In this document: one piece after another, positions 1-11,105 of the stretch
How positions within the stretch are numbered: position 1 is the first letter of the stretch
Layout: each line of letters begins with the position of its first letter
Assembly (NCBI RefSeq): GCF_013177435.1
Contig: NZ_CP053627.1
Location: 810,001-842,000 of the forward strand
Direction: 5' to 3'
DNA: 32,000 nt
Source of the DNA: Xylella taiwanensis
Lineage (GTDB): Bacteria; Pseudomonadota; Gammaproteobacteria; Xanthomonadales; Xanthomonadaceae
Notes under the pieces: generated by a model
What the model was told of the DNA's origin: nothing
Database searches by the model: none
The model's input: the letters and a program-made list of their open reading frames with translations, nothing else
Translations under genes and position numbers: made by a program

Positions 1-88
1 TTTACATCAGATTTGCGGTGGACGGTCAGGCGTATCATATTTGGCTCATACAATCGGTATGCGTGATTGAAGTGCGTAGGATGGTGAT

Positions 89-670
89 ATGGCATCGGAG
101 TTCCCCGTAGTCGAAGGCGATAAGAGGTTGATTTGGATTGATTTGGAGATGACCGGGCTGGATACCGATCGAGATTCCATTATTGAGATCGCTACGGTGG
201 TGACTGACGCCCAGCTCAATGTGCTTGCAGAAGGCCCGGACTTTGCCATCACCCATCCGTTGCAGATGTTGGAAGCGATGGATGAGTGGAACCGCAATCA
301 GCACCGCCGTTCCGGCTTATGGCAGCGTGTGCTTCATAGTGAGATTCAACATGCCGAGGCTGAAGCAAACACAATTGCTTTCTTGCAACAATGGGTCGAC
401 ACCGGTGCCTCACCGATGTGTGGTAATTCGATCTGTCAGGATCGGCGTTTTCTCCATCGCCAGATGCCATGTTTGGAACGCTATTTCCACTACCGTAATC
501 TGGATGTGTCCACACTTAAGGAACTTGCACGGTGTTGGGCTCCCAGTATCCTGGAAGGTGTGGTCAAGATTTCCAGCCACACGGCGCTCAGCGACATCTA
601 TGATTCAATCGCTGAATTGCGTCACTACAGGAAATCGATGGGGGCATTCGGAGGCTTGCCCGCAGTCTAA
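89..670 (+). CDS. orn: oligoribonuclease (DEDDh 3'-5' exoribonuclease)
   Basis: 193-aa ORF. It carries the exo motifs [23 protein letters not shown] and C-terminal HTALSDI (H-x4-D), and is collinear with E. coli Orn as I remember it. Confidence 0.95.
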   Translation: MASEFPVVEGDKRLIWIDLEMTGLDTDRDSIIEIATVVTDAQLNVLAEGPDFAITHPLQMLEAMDEWNRNQHRRSGLWQRVLHSEIQHAEAEANTIAFLQQWVDTGASPMCGNSICQDRRFLHRQMPCLERYFHYRNLDVSTLKELARCWAPSILEGVVKISSHTALSDIYDSIAELRHYRKSMGAFGGLPAV

Positions 671-843
671 CAACCCGGGCAACAGTAGGGGTTCTACTGG
701 CCTTGCATCTATAGGAGGAGACAACAGACCTATTGGCCTTGAGCATACTTTAGGGAGGGCATGTTAGTTTCGTTCAAGTGGCCTTGTGGGGTTGGAGGCG
801 GGTTGACACTCGCTAGAGTGGGCGTGGTTACACCCTCCCAGCC

Positions 844-1790
844 TTAGCTTGCTAGCGACGGTCCTTTGTTGGTGTTGCCTTCCTCGGCCACGCCACGCAA
901 TAGCAGTTCGGCGATTGGGCGGCCGTCGGCGTCGTGGTGGTATAAGTGCAGGTCACGTTGTGGATAGGGGATATTCACCCCGTTTTCGAGCAACTGATTG
1001 CGAATGTGCTCCAGCGTCTCGCTCTTAGCAGTGTTGAAGTTACCGTTTTCCGTGTAGGCGAACAGCATGAGGTCTACCGTGCTTTCACCAAGGTTATGGA
1101 CATACACGGAAGGTGCCGGGTCATCCAGGATCTTGGGATTGTCACGGGCAACCTTTAGAAGCACTTCCTGTGCCTTTTTCAAGTTGTCTTGGTAGCCGAC
1201 GCCGACAATAATTTCGAGCCGTCGGGTTGGCAAGGTGCTGTAGTTGATGATGGGTACAGTGGTGATCGTGCTGTTAGGTAAGGTGATCATGCGCTGGTCA
1301 AAGGTACGCAGCCGGGTTTGGAATATCCGGATTTCGTCGATCACGCCCTCTTGGCCTGCGATGATAACGTGGTCACCATCACGGACTGGGCCCAGCACGA
1401 TGAGCATCACTCCTGCGGCGATGTTGGACAGCGAGTCTTTCAGTGCAAGGCCGACTGCCAATCCGGTCGCACCGATCACTGCGGCCAGGGAGGTTGCTGG
1501 AACACCGATGCGTTGGAGCACACTGACCGATACAACGACTAAAAGCAGCGCGTATGCGATATTTCTTAGGAAGTTGGCAAGTGTGATCTCGACTCCCGCG
1601 CGGATCAGGACGCGATGCAGTCCGTTGCTCAGTCGTTTGCTTAGCCATGTTCCGAGGATGGCGATGGCCGCCGCTGCGGTCAGGTTCATCAGGATGTGGA
1701 TCCAATCGATCCTTGTCCAGTCGAATTTACCGTGCATCGCAGTTGCTGTTGCGGGCGATGCCATGTTTGATAGCAGTTTTATCCAGTCCA

Positions 1791-1791
<1 letters not shown>
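844..1791 (-). CDS. small-conductance mechanosensitive channel (MscS family)
   Basis: TM-rich N-terminal half followed by the MscS beta-domain block PVRDGDHVIIAGQEGVIDEIRIFQTRLRTFDQRMITLPNS. The ATG at 1789-1791 shares one base with the ppsA stop (TGATG). A GTG at 1797 is the alternative start. Confidence 0.88.
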
Positions 1792-4190
<2,399 letters not shown>

Positions 4191-4313
4191 CGCCTGGAGG
4201 AGGGCTGCATGGCCGCGTCCGTATAAAGTGCTCGTATGATGCAGTGCACGGACGAGCCTGCACAAGCTTGAATTGGTGGGGTTTGTCGGTGCCAGTCAAT
4301 TGAGGGGGTTTGC

Positions 4314-5135
4314 ATGTCGACAATCCGGCCAGTGTTCTATGTGTCCGATGGAACGGGTATTACCGCTGAAACCATCGGGCATTCCTTGCTTACCCAATTC
4401 AGCGGTTTTACTTTCGTCACCGAGCGTATGGTGTTCATTGATGATCCAAACAAGGCACGCGATGCTAGCCAACGCATTTTAACGGCAAGTGAGCGGTATC
4501 AAGTCCGCCCGATTGTAGTCAATTCCTGTGTGAATCCATATCTGAGTGTGATTCTGGCCGAGAGCGGAGCGCTGATGTTGGATGTGTTTGCCCCGTTCAT
4601 CGGGCTGTTGGAGCGTGAGCTCAACACATCCCGTCATTCACGTGTTGGTCGGGCGCATGGTATGGTCGATTTTGAAACCTATCACCGCCGTATCAATGCG
4701 ATGAATTTTGCCCTGACTCACGACGACGGGGCTGCGGCGAGTTATGGTGAAGCGGAAGTGATTCTGGTGGCTGTTTCGCGTGCTGGCAAGACTCCAACCT
4801 GCATCTATTTGGCCCTGCACTACGGGATACGGGCTGCCAACTATCCTCTTGTTGATGAGGATCTGAACAGTGATCGATTGCCGTTATGCTTACGCCCGTA
4901 TCGGAGAAAGCTGTTTGGCTTAACGATCAATCCGGACCGATTGCAGCAGATTCGTCAAGAACGGCGGCCGAATTCACGTTATGCGGCACTGGATACTTGC
5001 AGACGTGAGGTGGCAGCGGCTGAGCAGATATTTTCTACAGAGCATATTCCGACGCTGAGTACGACGCATACCTCGATCGAAGAAATTTCCAGCAAGGTGT
5101 TGGCAACCCTGGGGTTACAGCGAGAGATGTTCTGA
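4314..5135 (+). CDS. ppsR: PEP synthase regulatory protein (bifunctional kinase/pyrophosphorylase, DUF299)
   Basis: 273 aa. The N-terminus [20 protein letters not shown] and P-loop-like [14 protein letters not shown] match the PpsR/YdiA family. It is divergent from ppsA, as in enterobacteria. A GAGGGGG SD lies upstream of the ATG. Confidence 0.93.
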   Translation: MSTIRPVFYVSDGTGITAETIGHSLLTQFSGFTFVTERMVFIDDPNKARDASQRILTASERYQVRPIVVNSCVNPYLSVILAESGALMLDVFAPFIGLLERELNTSRHSRVGRAHGMVDFETYHRRINAMNFALTHDDGAAASYGEAEVILVAVSRAGKTPTCIYLALHYGIRAANYPLVDEDLNSDRLPLCLRPYRRKLFGLTINPDRLQQIRQERRPNSRYAALDTCRREVAAAEQIFSTEHIPTLSTTHTSIEEISSKVLATLGLQREMF

Positions 5136-5246
5136 AGTCAGTCATATGCCGGTATTCCGGATCGTTATTGCCGGCATGGTGATGCTGCTTTTGGTGCAGT
5201 GAACCGTGTAGCATCTGCCGATGCTGAACGTCATGATGCTCCATCA

Positions 5247-5720
5247 ATGCATACCCCGCTGAGCCGTTTCAGTTGGCTCATGGCGCTGTACGCGGAAAAT
5301 TATCGGCATTTGAACAGGCTGTTCGCACCGGGTGACTTGGAGGAGGGGAGTTACTTGTCGGTGATTGGTGACGGCTTGGACCTGCGTCTGGATGTGATCG
5401 AACGTCACCGATATACGGTCGATCTTCGTTTAACCTACGAGTTATGTGACCCCCTTACCGGTGTGCCGGATCCCTCAGCTTACGTGCGCTTATATCGTGA
5501 CGCATTACAGGTCGAAACCACTCATTGCTACGTTGGACGTCGCTGGCAAGATGTGATTGGTTTATCCCCCCCTCCGGGGCAGCTGATGCATCATCGTATG
5601 CGCATGAATATTTTTCTTGGCAAGTGGTTGGACTATTTGGCCGAACGCGGCCACGGCGTGGCGACCTTGTGTGCTATTGGCCGGTCGGTACAATCGGCAT
5701 CGTGTGTTGTGCGTGACTAA
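5247..5720 (+). CDS. DUF1249 (YqiB-like) protein
   Basis: Start set at MHTPLSRFSWLMALYAENYRHLNRLF, which resembles the N-terminal signature of the YqiB family. The size (about 157 aa) is typical. The family call is from memory, with no catalytic motif to anchor it. Confidence 0.7.
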   Translation: MHTPLSRFSWLMALYAENYRHLNRLFAPGDLEEGSYLSVIGDGLDLRLDVIERHRYTVDLRLTYELCDPLTGVPDPSAYVRLYRDALQVETTHCYVGRRWQDVIGLSPPPGQLMHHRMRMNIFLGKWLDYLAERGHGVATLCAIGRSVQSASCVVRD

Positions 5721-5787
5721 CGGCTAAGACGGCTGCTCTTGTGAAAGCAGGCATACTCGCCTCCTCATCTTGCTGTTGAACGTGCAT

Positions 5788-6276
5788 ATGGCTTATACCC
5801 CAATTATTGCCACCCTCGGTTATGTGCTGTCACCGGACCGATGCCGTGTGTTGATGATTCACCGTAATGCGCGTTCTGGAGATCTGCATCTGGGCAAGTA
5901 CAACGGGCTGGGTGGCAAGATCGAGCCAGGCGAGGACGTCCTGGCTGGTATGCGCCGTGAGCTATATGAGGAAGCAGGGATTCATTGCCTATCAATCCGT
6001 TTGCGTGGCACGATCAGTTGGCCGGGCTTCAGCAAGCAGGGCGATGATTGGTTTGGTTTTGTGTTTGTGATTGACTCGTTTGAGGGCGAGCCTAAGACTC
6101 ACAATGCTGAAGGTACTCTGGAATGGATCGAGCGCCAGCGTTTACTCGAATTGCCTATGTGGGAGGGGGATGCCAAGTTCCTGCCGTTGGTGTTCGACGA
6201 CGATCCACGTCCGTTCCATGGGGTGATGCCCTACTGCGAGGGGCGTATGCAGTCTTGGTCGTTTTCTCGCCTCTAA
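5788..6276 (+). CDS. Nudix hydrolase
   Basis: A complete Nudix box, GGKIEPGEDVLAGMRRELYEEAGI, fits G-x5-E-x7-REUxEExGU. Start taken at MAYTPIIATLGYVL. Confidence 0.88.
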   Translation: MAYTPIIATLGYVLSPDRCRVLMIHRNARSGDLHLGKYNGLGGKIEPGEDVLAGMRRELYEEAGIHCLSIRLRGTISWPGFSKQGDDWFGFVFVIDSFEGEPKTHNAEGTLEWIERQRLLELPMWEGDAKFLPLVFDDDPRPFHGVMPYCEGRMQSWSFSRL

Positions 6277-6818
6277 AGGGTATTGGCATGATCTGAGAAT
6301 GATCGACGAGATAGAGAATTCATTGTATTCATGATGAATACGTTGGCATTGCATCTTGTTTGCTCAATCGGCGCGACAGTGTATCTACACTTCTTCAGTT
6401 GGTCGCGAATGGATTTCACGGTGGTGTAGCGATCAAGCGAATGTCCGCCTACTGGCTGTATGTACTACTGATGGCTGGCGAACGGGATAAAACAGCATTG
6501 TTTATTATCCAGCCCCAGGCTGACTGGGCGTTAGTGACTGACGGAATGAGCAAGGTTTCATAGTGCATTTTTTGCGTTGTTATTTTTTTGATGGTGAGCG
6601 GCAGTGCTGGGCGATTGAATACATGCTATTGCTGTGATTGGTTTTTTACGAGGTGTTAGGGGAACTTACAAATGATTATGTCGCTCTTTTAATTTTATCA
6701 AGTAATTTTATACCTGCTTTGTTAGTGACTGATATCTATCGGTATGAGGGTTGTATGCATTGTGATGTGCGTTCTCTTAATACGCCTTAGTTAAATTTTT
6801 CTTGATCATATCAAAGAT

Positions 6819-6844
6819 AAAAAAAGAGCCACATGCGTGGCTCT
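6819..6844 (-). terminator. rho-independent terminator downstream of the autotransporter gene
   Basis: On the minus strand an 8-bp stem AGAGCCAC/GTGGCTCT with a 4-nt loop is followed by 7 T (A-run 6819-6825 on the plus strand). It lies about 45 nt after the stop at 6889. Confidence 0.75.
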
Positions 6845-6888
6845 TAAGTTGTATTCAATGTGAAGAATGATAATTTGAATTGTGGCTA

Positions 6889-9069
6889 TTAGAAACGTCC
6901 GCCTAGACTCAACACTCCACCACGTGCTATATCTCCTAACGCCGTTTGATTAACGTCCAGCGTTAATCCAAGGAATACTTTTTCACTCAGCGTGTATTGT
7001 AATCCGCTTGTCAGTGCCGCTATGGTGCTTTTTATCCCCGCACTATGGTTAAAGCTGCCAATGTAATCGGCATGTGCGTTGTACGCGGGGTCACGGCTTT
7101 TCAGTGCTCGGTCTATTTCAATACCGGCCATCCATTTTAGATTCGTGGTTAATGGCACTGTTACGTCTGCGCCAATATAAGCGGACGTCCTTTTGAAACT
7201 CACTTCGCCGTAAGTGGCTGGGAACGCAGTATTTTGCTCGCTGTATCCGACACGGGAGACGTTGCTGTAACGTCCTCCTAGATGCCAGCCCAACGAAACG
7301 CCATGATCGGAGTTAAATGTTTGCCCTCCTTCCAGCGAAGCGCCACGGCCCTTCATACGGCTGTTGCCGATGCCTGCCTCTGTATTTTCAAGGACTGGAC
7401 GTTGCACGGTGACGTTGTATCGATTAAACGCCACTGCTGGACGTACATACCATTCCCCACCTTTGAAAGAAGTATTCCATTGCGCATAAAGGCCCGCGCC
7501 CAAATTGCCATTATTCTTAAGGTAGCTATCCGGCATGGAACGTGACAGCGAACGGTCCAGCGAGAGGCCGGCAGACAGCGTTTCGGTGAATCCATGGCCC
7601 ACCCTGAAACCGGCGACTTTATCCCGGTTGCCGTCTATGGAGGTGAGAGCAGTTTGTACCGCCCAGCAGGATTGCCCCGCCGTGTTTATCTGGCAGTGTT
7701 GTTGCAGGCGGCTCAGCCCTTGACGCTGTAAGTCCATGACGGAGAAGGTTTCTGCACCCAACCGCGATAAAGCGCTTGCCGTGTTGACCGCATCGACCGC
7801 GATGACTCCCGGTTGCGAAGGCTGAGGCTGAGGCTGAGACGGCGTTTGGGTGTGGGTGTCTGATTCGCTTTCTGATTGTGCTGGATAGGTCATTTTCCAG
7901 ACGGTGGCATGGGACTGACCTGAATCAGTGGCAGCCGTTCCCACGGCGACGCTGCCATCGGCGGAGAGTGCGGCAACCGCAGATGCTCCTGAGTTATCGC
8001 TTTTGAGTGTTCCTAAATCCGTTTTTGTTGCCCAGCGATTGCCTGACCAGATGATGGCACGCGTGGTGTTAGAGTCGTTGACAGTACTTCCGGCTGCGAT
8101 TTTTCCATCAGCGGAGAGTGCTGTAACGTTGGATCCTCCTGATGAGCTATCGCTTTTGAGTGATCCTAAGCGCGTTTTCGTTGCCCAGTTTTCGCCTGAC
8201 CAGATGATTCCTTGTCGATTTTCCGTTGAGTAGCCGTTCAACGTATTGTCAATGTCAGAAAATCCCCCGACAACTTTCCCATCGGCGGAGATCGCGGTGG
8301 CACCTGCTTGCCCCAAATTATCGCTTCTTAACGTCCCGAGGTCGGTTTTTGCTGCCCAGTTTTCGCCTGACCAGATGATGGCGCGCCTAGATGTTAGTCC
8401 TGGAGTGATACCAGGAACAGGGGTGATGATATCAGAGTAGGCAGAGCCAGCGGCGATTTTCCCATCGGCGGAGAGTGCGTAAACTGCAGAATAATCTGAG
8501 CCGTCTTTTCTTATTGTTCCGAGGTCAGTTTTTGTTGCCCAGTTGTCGCCTGACCACATGGTTGCACGCGTATCGCTAAAGTCGTTTTCGGAATATCCGC
8601 CGGCGATTTTCCCATCGGCGGAGAGCGCGGTAACCTTAGAGAGACCCGAATGATCGCTTTTTAATGTTCCGAGCTCGGTTTTTGTTGCCCAGTTGTCGCC
8701 TGACCAAATGGTGGCGCGCATGTATGTAGAACTCAAATCAGAGTCCGAAAGCCCCGCGGCGATTTTCCCATCGGCGGAAAGCGCGAAAACGAAAGAGGCA
8801 CCCGAATGATCGCTTTTTAATGTTTCGAGGTCGGTTTTTGTTGCCCAGTTGTCGCCGGATAATAGGGTTGAACGATTATTGCTTATTATTCCTATGGTTT
8901 TTCCATCGGAGGAGATGGTCTTGCCTGCGGCTTCAGCACCATCAAGATGTTGTGTCGACAGATCTAGTTTTTCTGATATGGATGCTGCATAGGCGGCACC
9001 TGCGCTTCCCATCAGTAGAACGGAGATGAGCGTGGCTAACGTTGTTTTTTTATGACTCTTTCTTTCCAT
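6889..9069 (-). CDS. AT-1 (classical) autotransporter with a tandem-repeat passenger domain
   Basis: Signal peptide MERKSHKKTTLATLISVLLMGSAGAAYA. Six tandem 50-61-aa repeats follow, then a Ser/Gln/Pro linker. The C-terminal beta-barrel region of about 280 aa has alternating-hydrophobic strands and ends in GGRF (terminal Phe). AAGGA lies 7 nt upstream of the ATG. The architecture matches what I recall for Xylella XatA, but this is not verified. Confidence 0.9.
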   Translation of the reverse strand: MERKSHKKTTLATLISVLLMGSAGAAYAASISEKLDLSTQHLDGAEAAGKTISSDGKTIGIISNNRSTLLSGDNWATKTDLETLKSDHSGASFVFALSADGKIAAGLSDSDLSSTYMRATIWSGDNWATKTELGTLKSDHSGLSKVTALSADGKIAGGYSENDFSDTRATMWSGDNWATKTDLGTIRKDGSDYSAVYALSADGKIAAGSAYSDIITPVPGITPGLTSRRAIIWSGENWAAKTDLGTLRSDNLGQAGATAISADGKVVGGFSDIDNTLNGYSTENRQGIIWSGENWATKTRLGSLKSDSSSGGSNVTALSADGKIAAGSTVNDSNTTRAIIWSGNRWATKTDLGTLKSDNSGASAVAALSADGSVAVGTAATDSGQSHATVWKMTYPAQSESESDTHTQTPSQPQPQPSQPGVIAVDAVNTASALSRLGAETFSVMDLQRQGLSRLQQHCQINTAGQSCWAVQTALTSIDGNRDKVAGFRVGHGFTETLSAGLSLDRSLSRSMPDSYLKNNGNLGAGLYAQWNTSFKGGEWYVRPAVAFNRYNVTVQRPVLENTEAGIGNSRMKGRGASLEGGQTFNSDHGVSLGWHLGGRYSNVSRVGYSEQNTAFPATYGEVSFKRTSAYIGADVTVPLTTNLKWMAGIEIDRALKSRDPAYNAHADYIGSFNHSAGIKSTIAALTSGLQYTLSEKVFLGLTLDVNQTALGDIARGGVLSLGGRF
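7821..7838 (-). repeat. hexanucleotide SSR (GCTGAG)3 inside the autotransporter linker
   Basis: Three perfect GCTGAG units on the plus strand encode SQPQPQPSQP on the minus strand. Confidence 0.9.
7894..8856 (-). repeat. six tandem coding repeats (150-183 bp each) in the autotransporter passenger
   Basis: Protein units GDNWATKTDLGTLKSD..S.V.ALSADGKIAAG....RAIIWS occur with lengths 52, 50, 61, 57, 51 and 50 aa. At DNA level the block tttgttgcccagttgtcgcctgacca recurs near 8030, 8180, 8350, 8535, 8690 and 8840. Confidence 0.92.
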
Positions 9070-11105
9070 AAAATATCCTTGAGTTTTTTGCGATTGTCAG
9101 TCAGCGATCCTAAGGAATGACTAAAGTCGTATCTATGACTCATTCTGATGACTGAGACTCCATAATAGTCCAAATTTTTGCAACTTCCATCATATTTTAT
9201 ATGAATGTGTGTTCTCTGATCGCCTGGATGGCAACGCGATGTATGCCTTGCGGGACGCGGCAGTGCGATTTGTCTAACCATTGGAGCGAGATGCATTCGA
9301 GATGAAAGATGCAGGCGCGCTTGCGTTACGTCATGCTCTCTTACACAAGCTGTTGCGCATTCAAGTCATAAGCAGCCATTTGAACGTGGTGCCTGAAGAT
9401 CACAATAGTATTTTGATCATGTGCTCATTCGAAATACGGTGCGATTCAAATGTGATGATACCGCTTCAAACATATTGCAAAAATGTGATGGAGCGTTGGT
9501 CCGAATATATCTTGAAGCATATATTCGGACGCTCATGGTCAAGTCGCTGCAACAGGTGGTTTGAGCCGGTACATTCAATAGCACGCGGTGCATTCTGCCC
9601 AGAGTGTGCGAGCCCGCCGTTATCCATGTGGCGTGATTCCGGCTGTCTCTATTGTGTGAGGTTGTTTAATGTCGCGTTATTCGTGTTCTCGGATGGGTGA
9701 TGTCCTGATACCACACCGTGCTTGGCCGTCAAAGCGTTGACATTCTCTGCAGACCTCGGTGGAGGGATGCTGGGTATGGATTCAGCATATCTGCTTGCAG
9801 TGCATACCGTTTGTATGGATCTGCCTGGAGATGATGGAGGTGTTGCGGTTGTTGTCTTGGGTGAGATCCTTCTAGCTGGGCTGTTCCTTTGATATAGATG
9901 GCATGAAAAGCGAATGCGCATGTTCTTCTACAGTCAACACCATGCTGCGAAATGTCGCTGATCAGAAGAGATTGGATGAGCGTTGCTGGCGAATTGCCAT
10001 TTTTTCTTCTGATTACGTTGTTTTCGTGATGTGCTGTGGTGGTGTGCTTTTTATTTTTGTTTGGTGCAGCGCTATGACAATGGAAGGTGTCATGAAGATA
10101 CAGCCATCATGGCTCGGTATGGACGTTGGGAAACGATCGATTTGTTGCGCTCTACGCGTTTTACAGTATCCCTGACTTCACAGGTGCCGTTGATATGACC
10201 ATCTGAATGCAGCGATGGCAGTGTGGCATGGCGGGTTAATGTGATGCTGGCGGTTGCGATCCTGATTTTTTTATTGTGATGCGGGAGTGGAGTGCGGTAT
10301 TCGCGTTGACGATGCTGGGTACACCCCTGAGGGTTGATACTTGCACACAGTATTTGGATTGAGTCTGCATGATGCTATTTGCTGCCGACGCTACTGTTGT
10401 TTATGTTTTTGATGATGATGTTACTTCGATCCTTCAGTGAGTTCGTTTTGATCGGGGATGCACTGATTTTTCTGTGGTACCCACATTGCTGCGGTGATGT
10501 TGACGCATGCGGACGCGCGGCAGCCTCTTTGTGAGCGCCATGCTATTGCTGCACATTTGATGCCAGTGTGCTTACTCGGTGTTGATGAGTTGCACTGTTG
10601 ATATGACCCGTCTCACAGTGAGCTTACGTTGTGCCTGATGGCTGTCAGGCTGGATATGGCACTGCTGATGCGCTGCTTGAAGGGGGAGCGGTAGGTAGAG
10701 CATGTTGTGAAATGCGTGCCGCTGGAGAGCGCATTCATGGACGTTATCAAGTCTTTCAATTCATTAAAGGGGATATGGAAAACAGTGCTGCATCCCCAGC
10801 ACGTCGATAGGGCGCAACGGTGTTTACCCTTCTTGAGGGCACACATAAAGATGAAGGATGCGGACAAATGGTTGAAGGCGGTGGCAGTGGGGAACCACTG
10901 ACTCAAGCGACCGTTGGCTGACATGTATCTGGATATCGGAGTGTTGCCATCTGTGAAGTGCATCAGCTGCCATCGTGCATATCCCTGACATCATGCGATT
11001 TCTTTGAGATTTTCTGATTTGATGGGTTTATGCCGGTTAGATATGGTGTGCGGCATGATGCAAAGCAGGTGCACATGCGGTCGCCTGGGCGATCGTCTGC
11101 TGATG

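Noticed and set aside
671-843. A possible tRNA or structured RNA downstream of orn (E. coli has tRNA-Gly genes there), and the GGGAGGG/CCCTCCC inverted repeat at 753-759 / 833-839.
   Set aside because: I found no T-loop (GTTCRANYC) or cloverleaf. The inverted repeat is only 7 bp with a 73-nt loop, which is within chance expectation.
4191-4265. Long N-terminal extensions given by the ORF track: ppsA 824 aa, phasin 273 aa (14394-14720), lipA 360 aa (17331-17402), parE 651 aa (28785-28850), pyrG 573 aa (29353-29409), DUF1249, Nudix, ybeD and the CNNM gene (23550-23672).
   Set aside because: In each case an internal start aligns with the conserved family N-terminus. The phasin and CNNM internal starts also have a good SD. 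The upstream extensions are not protein-like or overlap the neighbouring gene.
6325-6341. The 17-bp palindrome GTATTCAT-G-ATGAATAC, vaguely Fur-box-like, just downstream of the Nudix gene.
   Set aside because: It lies between convergent genes with no promoter to regulate. It matches the GATAAT-type Fur consensus poorly. An 8-bp-arm palindrome is near chance expectation for this window.
6622-6634. The 13-mer CATGCTATTGCTG is shared between 6622-6634 and 10539-10551, hinting at a dispersed repeat.
   Set aside because: Several 13-mer coincidences are expected by chance among about 5e8 position pairs in 32 kb. The flanks do not extend the match.
7894-8856. Regularly spaced DNA repeats that could be mistaken for a CRISPR array.
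   Set aside because: The units are 150-183 bp, contiguous and in frame, with no unique spacers. They encode the repeated passenger modules of the autotransporter.
9281-9700. A 139-aa ORF, the longest in the 9.07-11.1 kb gap.
   Set aside because: It starts at TTG with no SD. Its Cys/Trp/Phe/Val-rich composition simply mirrors the GT-rich strand. The perfect 12-bp hairpin lies inside it.
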